Shown here piece by piece: positions 62,501 to 64,000 of a stretch of DNA of 64,000 nucleotides. The notes beneath the pieces are model-generated. The model made no database searches. It was not told where the DNA came from and was given only the letters and a program-made list of their open reading frames with translations. The first letter of the stretch is position 1, and every line of letters starts with the position of its first letter. Source of the stretch: Flaccisagitta enflata (Eukaryota); contig OZ231126.1 in assembly GCA_965153355.1 (NCBI GenBank), positions 43,586,001-43,650,000 on the forward strand, given 5' to 3'. The position numbers and the translations under genes were made by a program.

Positions 62501-63970
62501 AGTAATCTGAGGAGTATAAGTGACTGAGTCTATGTGAATATTCATCCATATATGTTGTGTCAATTAATATTCCCATTGACTCATAGAGTGTGACTACCTT
62601 CAGAATACAGAATGATAGATGAAGATTGAACTAAGAACTACTCTGGATAACTGAAATGATCTGAGGAGTATAAGTGACTCAGTCTATGTGAATATTCATC
62701 CATATATGTTGTGTCAATTAATATTCCCATTGACTCATTGAGTGTGACTACCTTCAGCATACAGAATGATAGATAAAAATTGAACTAAGAATTACTCTGG
62801 ATAATTGAAGTAATCTGAGGAGTATAAGTTACTGAGTCTATGTGAATATTCATCCATATACGTTGTGTCAATTAATATTCCCATTGACTCATAGAGTGTG
62901 ACTACCTTCAGAATGCAGAATGATAGATGAAGATTGAACTAAGAACTACTCTGGATAACTGAAGTGATCTGAGGAGTATAAGTGACTGAGTCTATGTGAA
63001 TATTCATCCATATATGTTGTGTCAATTAATATTCCCATTGACTCATTGAGTGTGACTACCTTCAGAATACAGAATGATTAGATGAAGATTGAACTAAGAA
63101 TTAATCTGGATAATTGAAGTAATCTGAGGAGTATAAGTGACTGAGTCTATGTGAATATTCATCCATATATGTTGTGTCAATTAATATTCCCATTGACTCA
63201 TTGAGTGTGACTACCTTCAGAATACAGAATGATAGATAAAGATTGAACTAAGAACTAATCTGGATAATTGAAGTAATCTGAGGAGTATAAGTGACTGAGT
63301 CTATGTGAATATTCATCCATATATGTTGTGTCAATTAATATTCCCATTGACTCATTGAGTGTGACTACCTTCAGAATACAGAATGATAGATGAAGATTGA
63401 ACTAAGAACTACTCTGGATAACTGAAGTGATCTGAGGAGTATAAGTGACTGAGTCTATGTGAATATTCATCCATATATGTTGTGTCAATCAATATTCCCA
63501 TTGACTCATAGTGTGTGACTACCTTCAGAATACAGAATGATAGATGAAGATTGAACTAAGAACTACTCTGGATAACTGAAGTGATCTGAGGAGTATAAGT
63601 GACTGAGTCTATGTGAATATTCATCCATATATGTTGTGTAAATTGATATTCCCATTGACTCAAAGTGTGTGACTACCTTCAGAATACAGAATGATAGATG
63701 AAGATTGAACTAAGAACTACTCTGGATAATTGAAGAAATCTGAGGAGTATAAGTGACTGATTCTATGTAAATATTCATCCATCTTTGTTGTGTCAATTAA
63801 TGTTCCCATTGACTCAAAGTGTTTGACTACCTTCAGAATACTGAATGATAGATGAAGATTGAACTAAGAACTACTCTGGATAATTGAAGTAATCTGAGGA
63901 GCATGAATGACTGAGTCTATGTGAATATTCATCCATCTTTGTTGTGTTAATTAATATTCATGTCGACTCA
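59502..63970. repeat. Satellite array, 154-bp monomer, ~29 highly similar copies
   Basis: GAAGATTG recurs at 59541, 59695, 59849, 60003 and onward (period 154). Confidence 0.97.
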
Positions 63971-64000
63971 ACAAATAAGTCGCTAGGTTTCATAATTTGG

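Noticed and set aside
59502..63970. CRISPR-like regular array with palindromic units
   Set aside because: Whole monomers repeat with no unique spacers, there are no cas genes, and the context is eukaryotic. It is a satellite.

Overview
Repeat-rich animal (probably invertebrate) genomic DNA, not prokaryotic. The window holds the 3' part of one + strand class-A plexin gene: 27 coding exons from 4808 to 53815. All introns are GT-AG and all exon phases join into one open frame running IPT1(end)-PSI2-IPT2-PSI3-IPT3-6-TM-GAP C1-RBD-GAP C2-stop. The Sema domain and 5' exons lie upstream of the window. Almost all other ORFs in the track are microsatellite artefacts. The introns and 3' flank are dense with simple repeats, non-autonomous Helentron-type (HINE/DINE-1-like) elements that often carry their own tandem repeats, hAT and Tc1/mariner-type MITEs, long foldback elements and a tRNA-Cys-derived remnant. 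A ~4.5 kb array of a 154-bp satellite closes the window. The most notable observations are: tandem furin-type sites in IPT4 of a class-A plexin; two large low-complexity inserts (one including a symmetric exon) in the RBD region; a tandemly duplicated in-frame splice acceptor; a 618-bp foldback element with RSS-like CACAGTG ends; and complementary (GA)n/(CT)n tracts placed at opposite ends of introns. I found no convincing wholly new multi-gene system. All calls come from reading the sequence by eye, without database searches.
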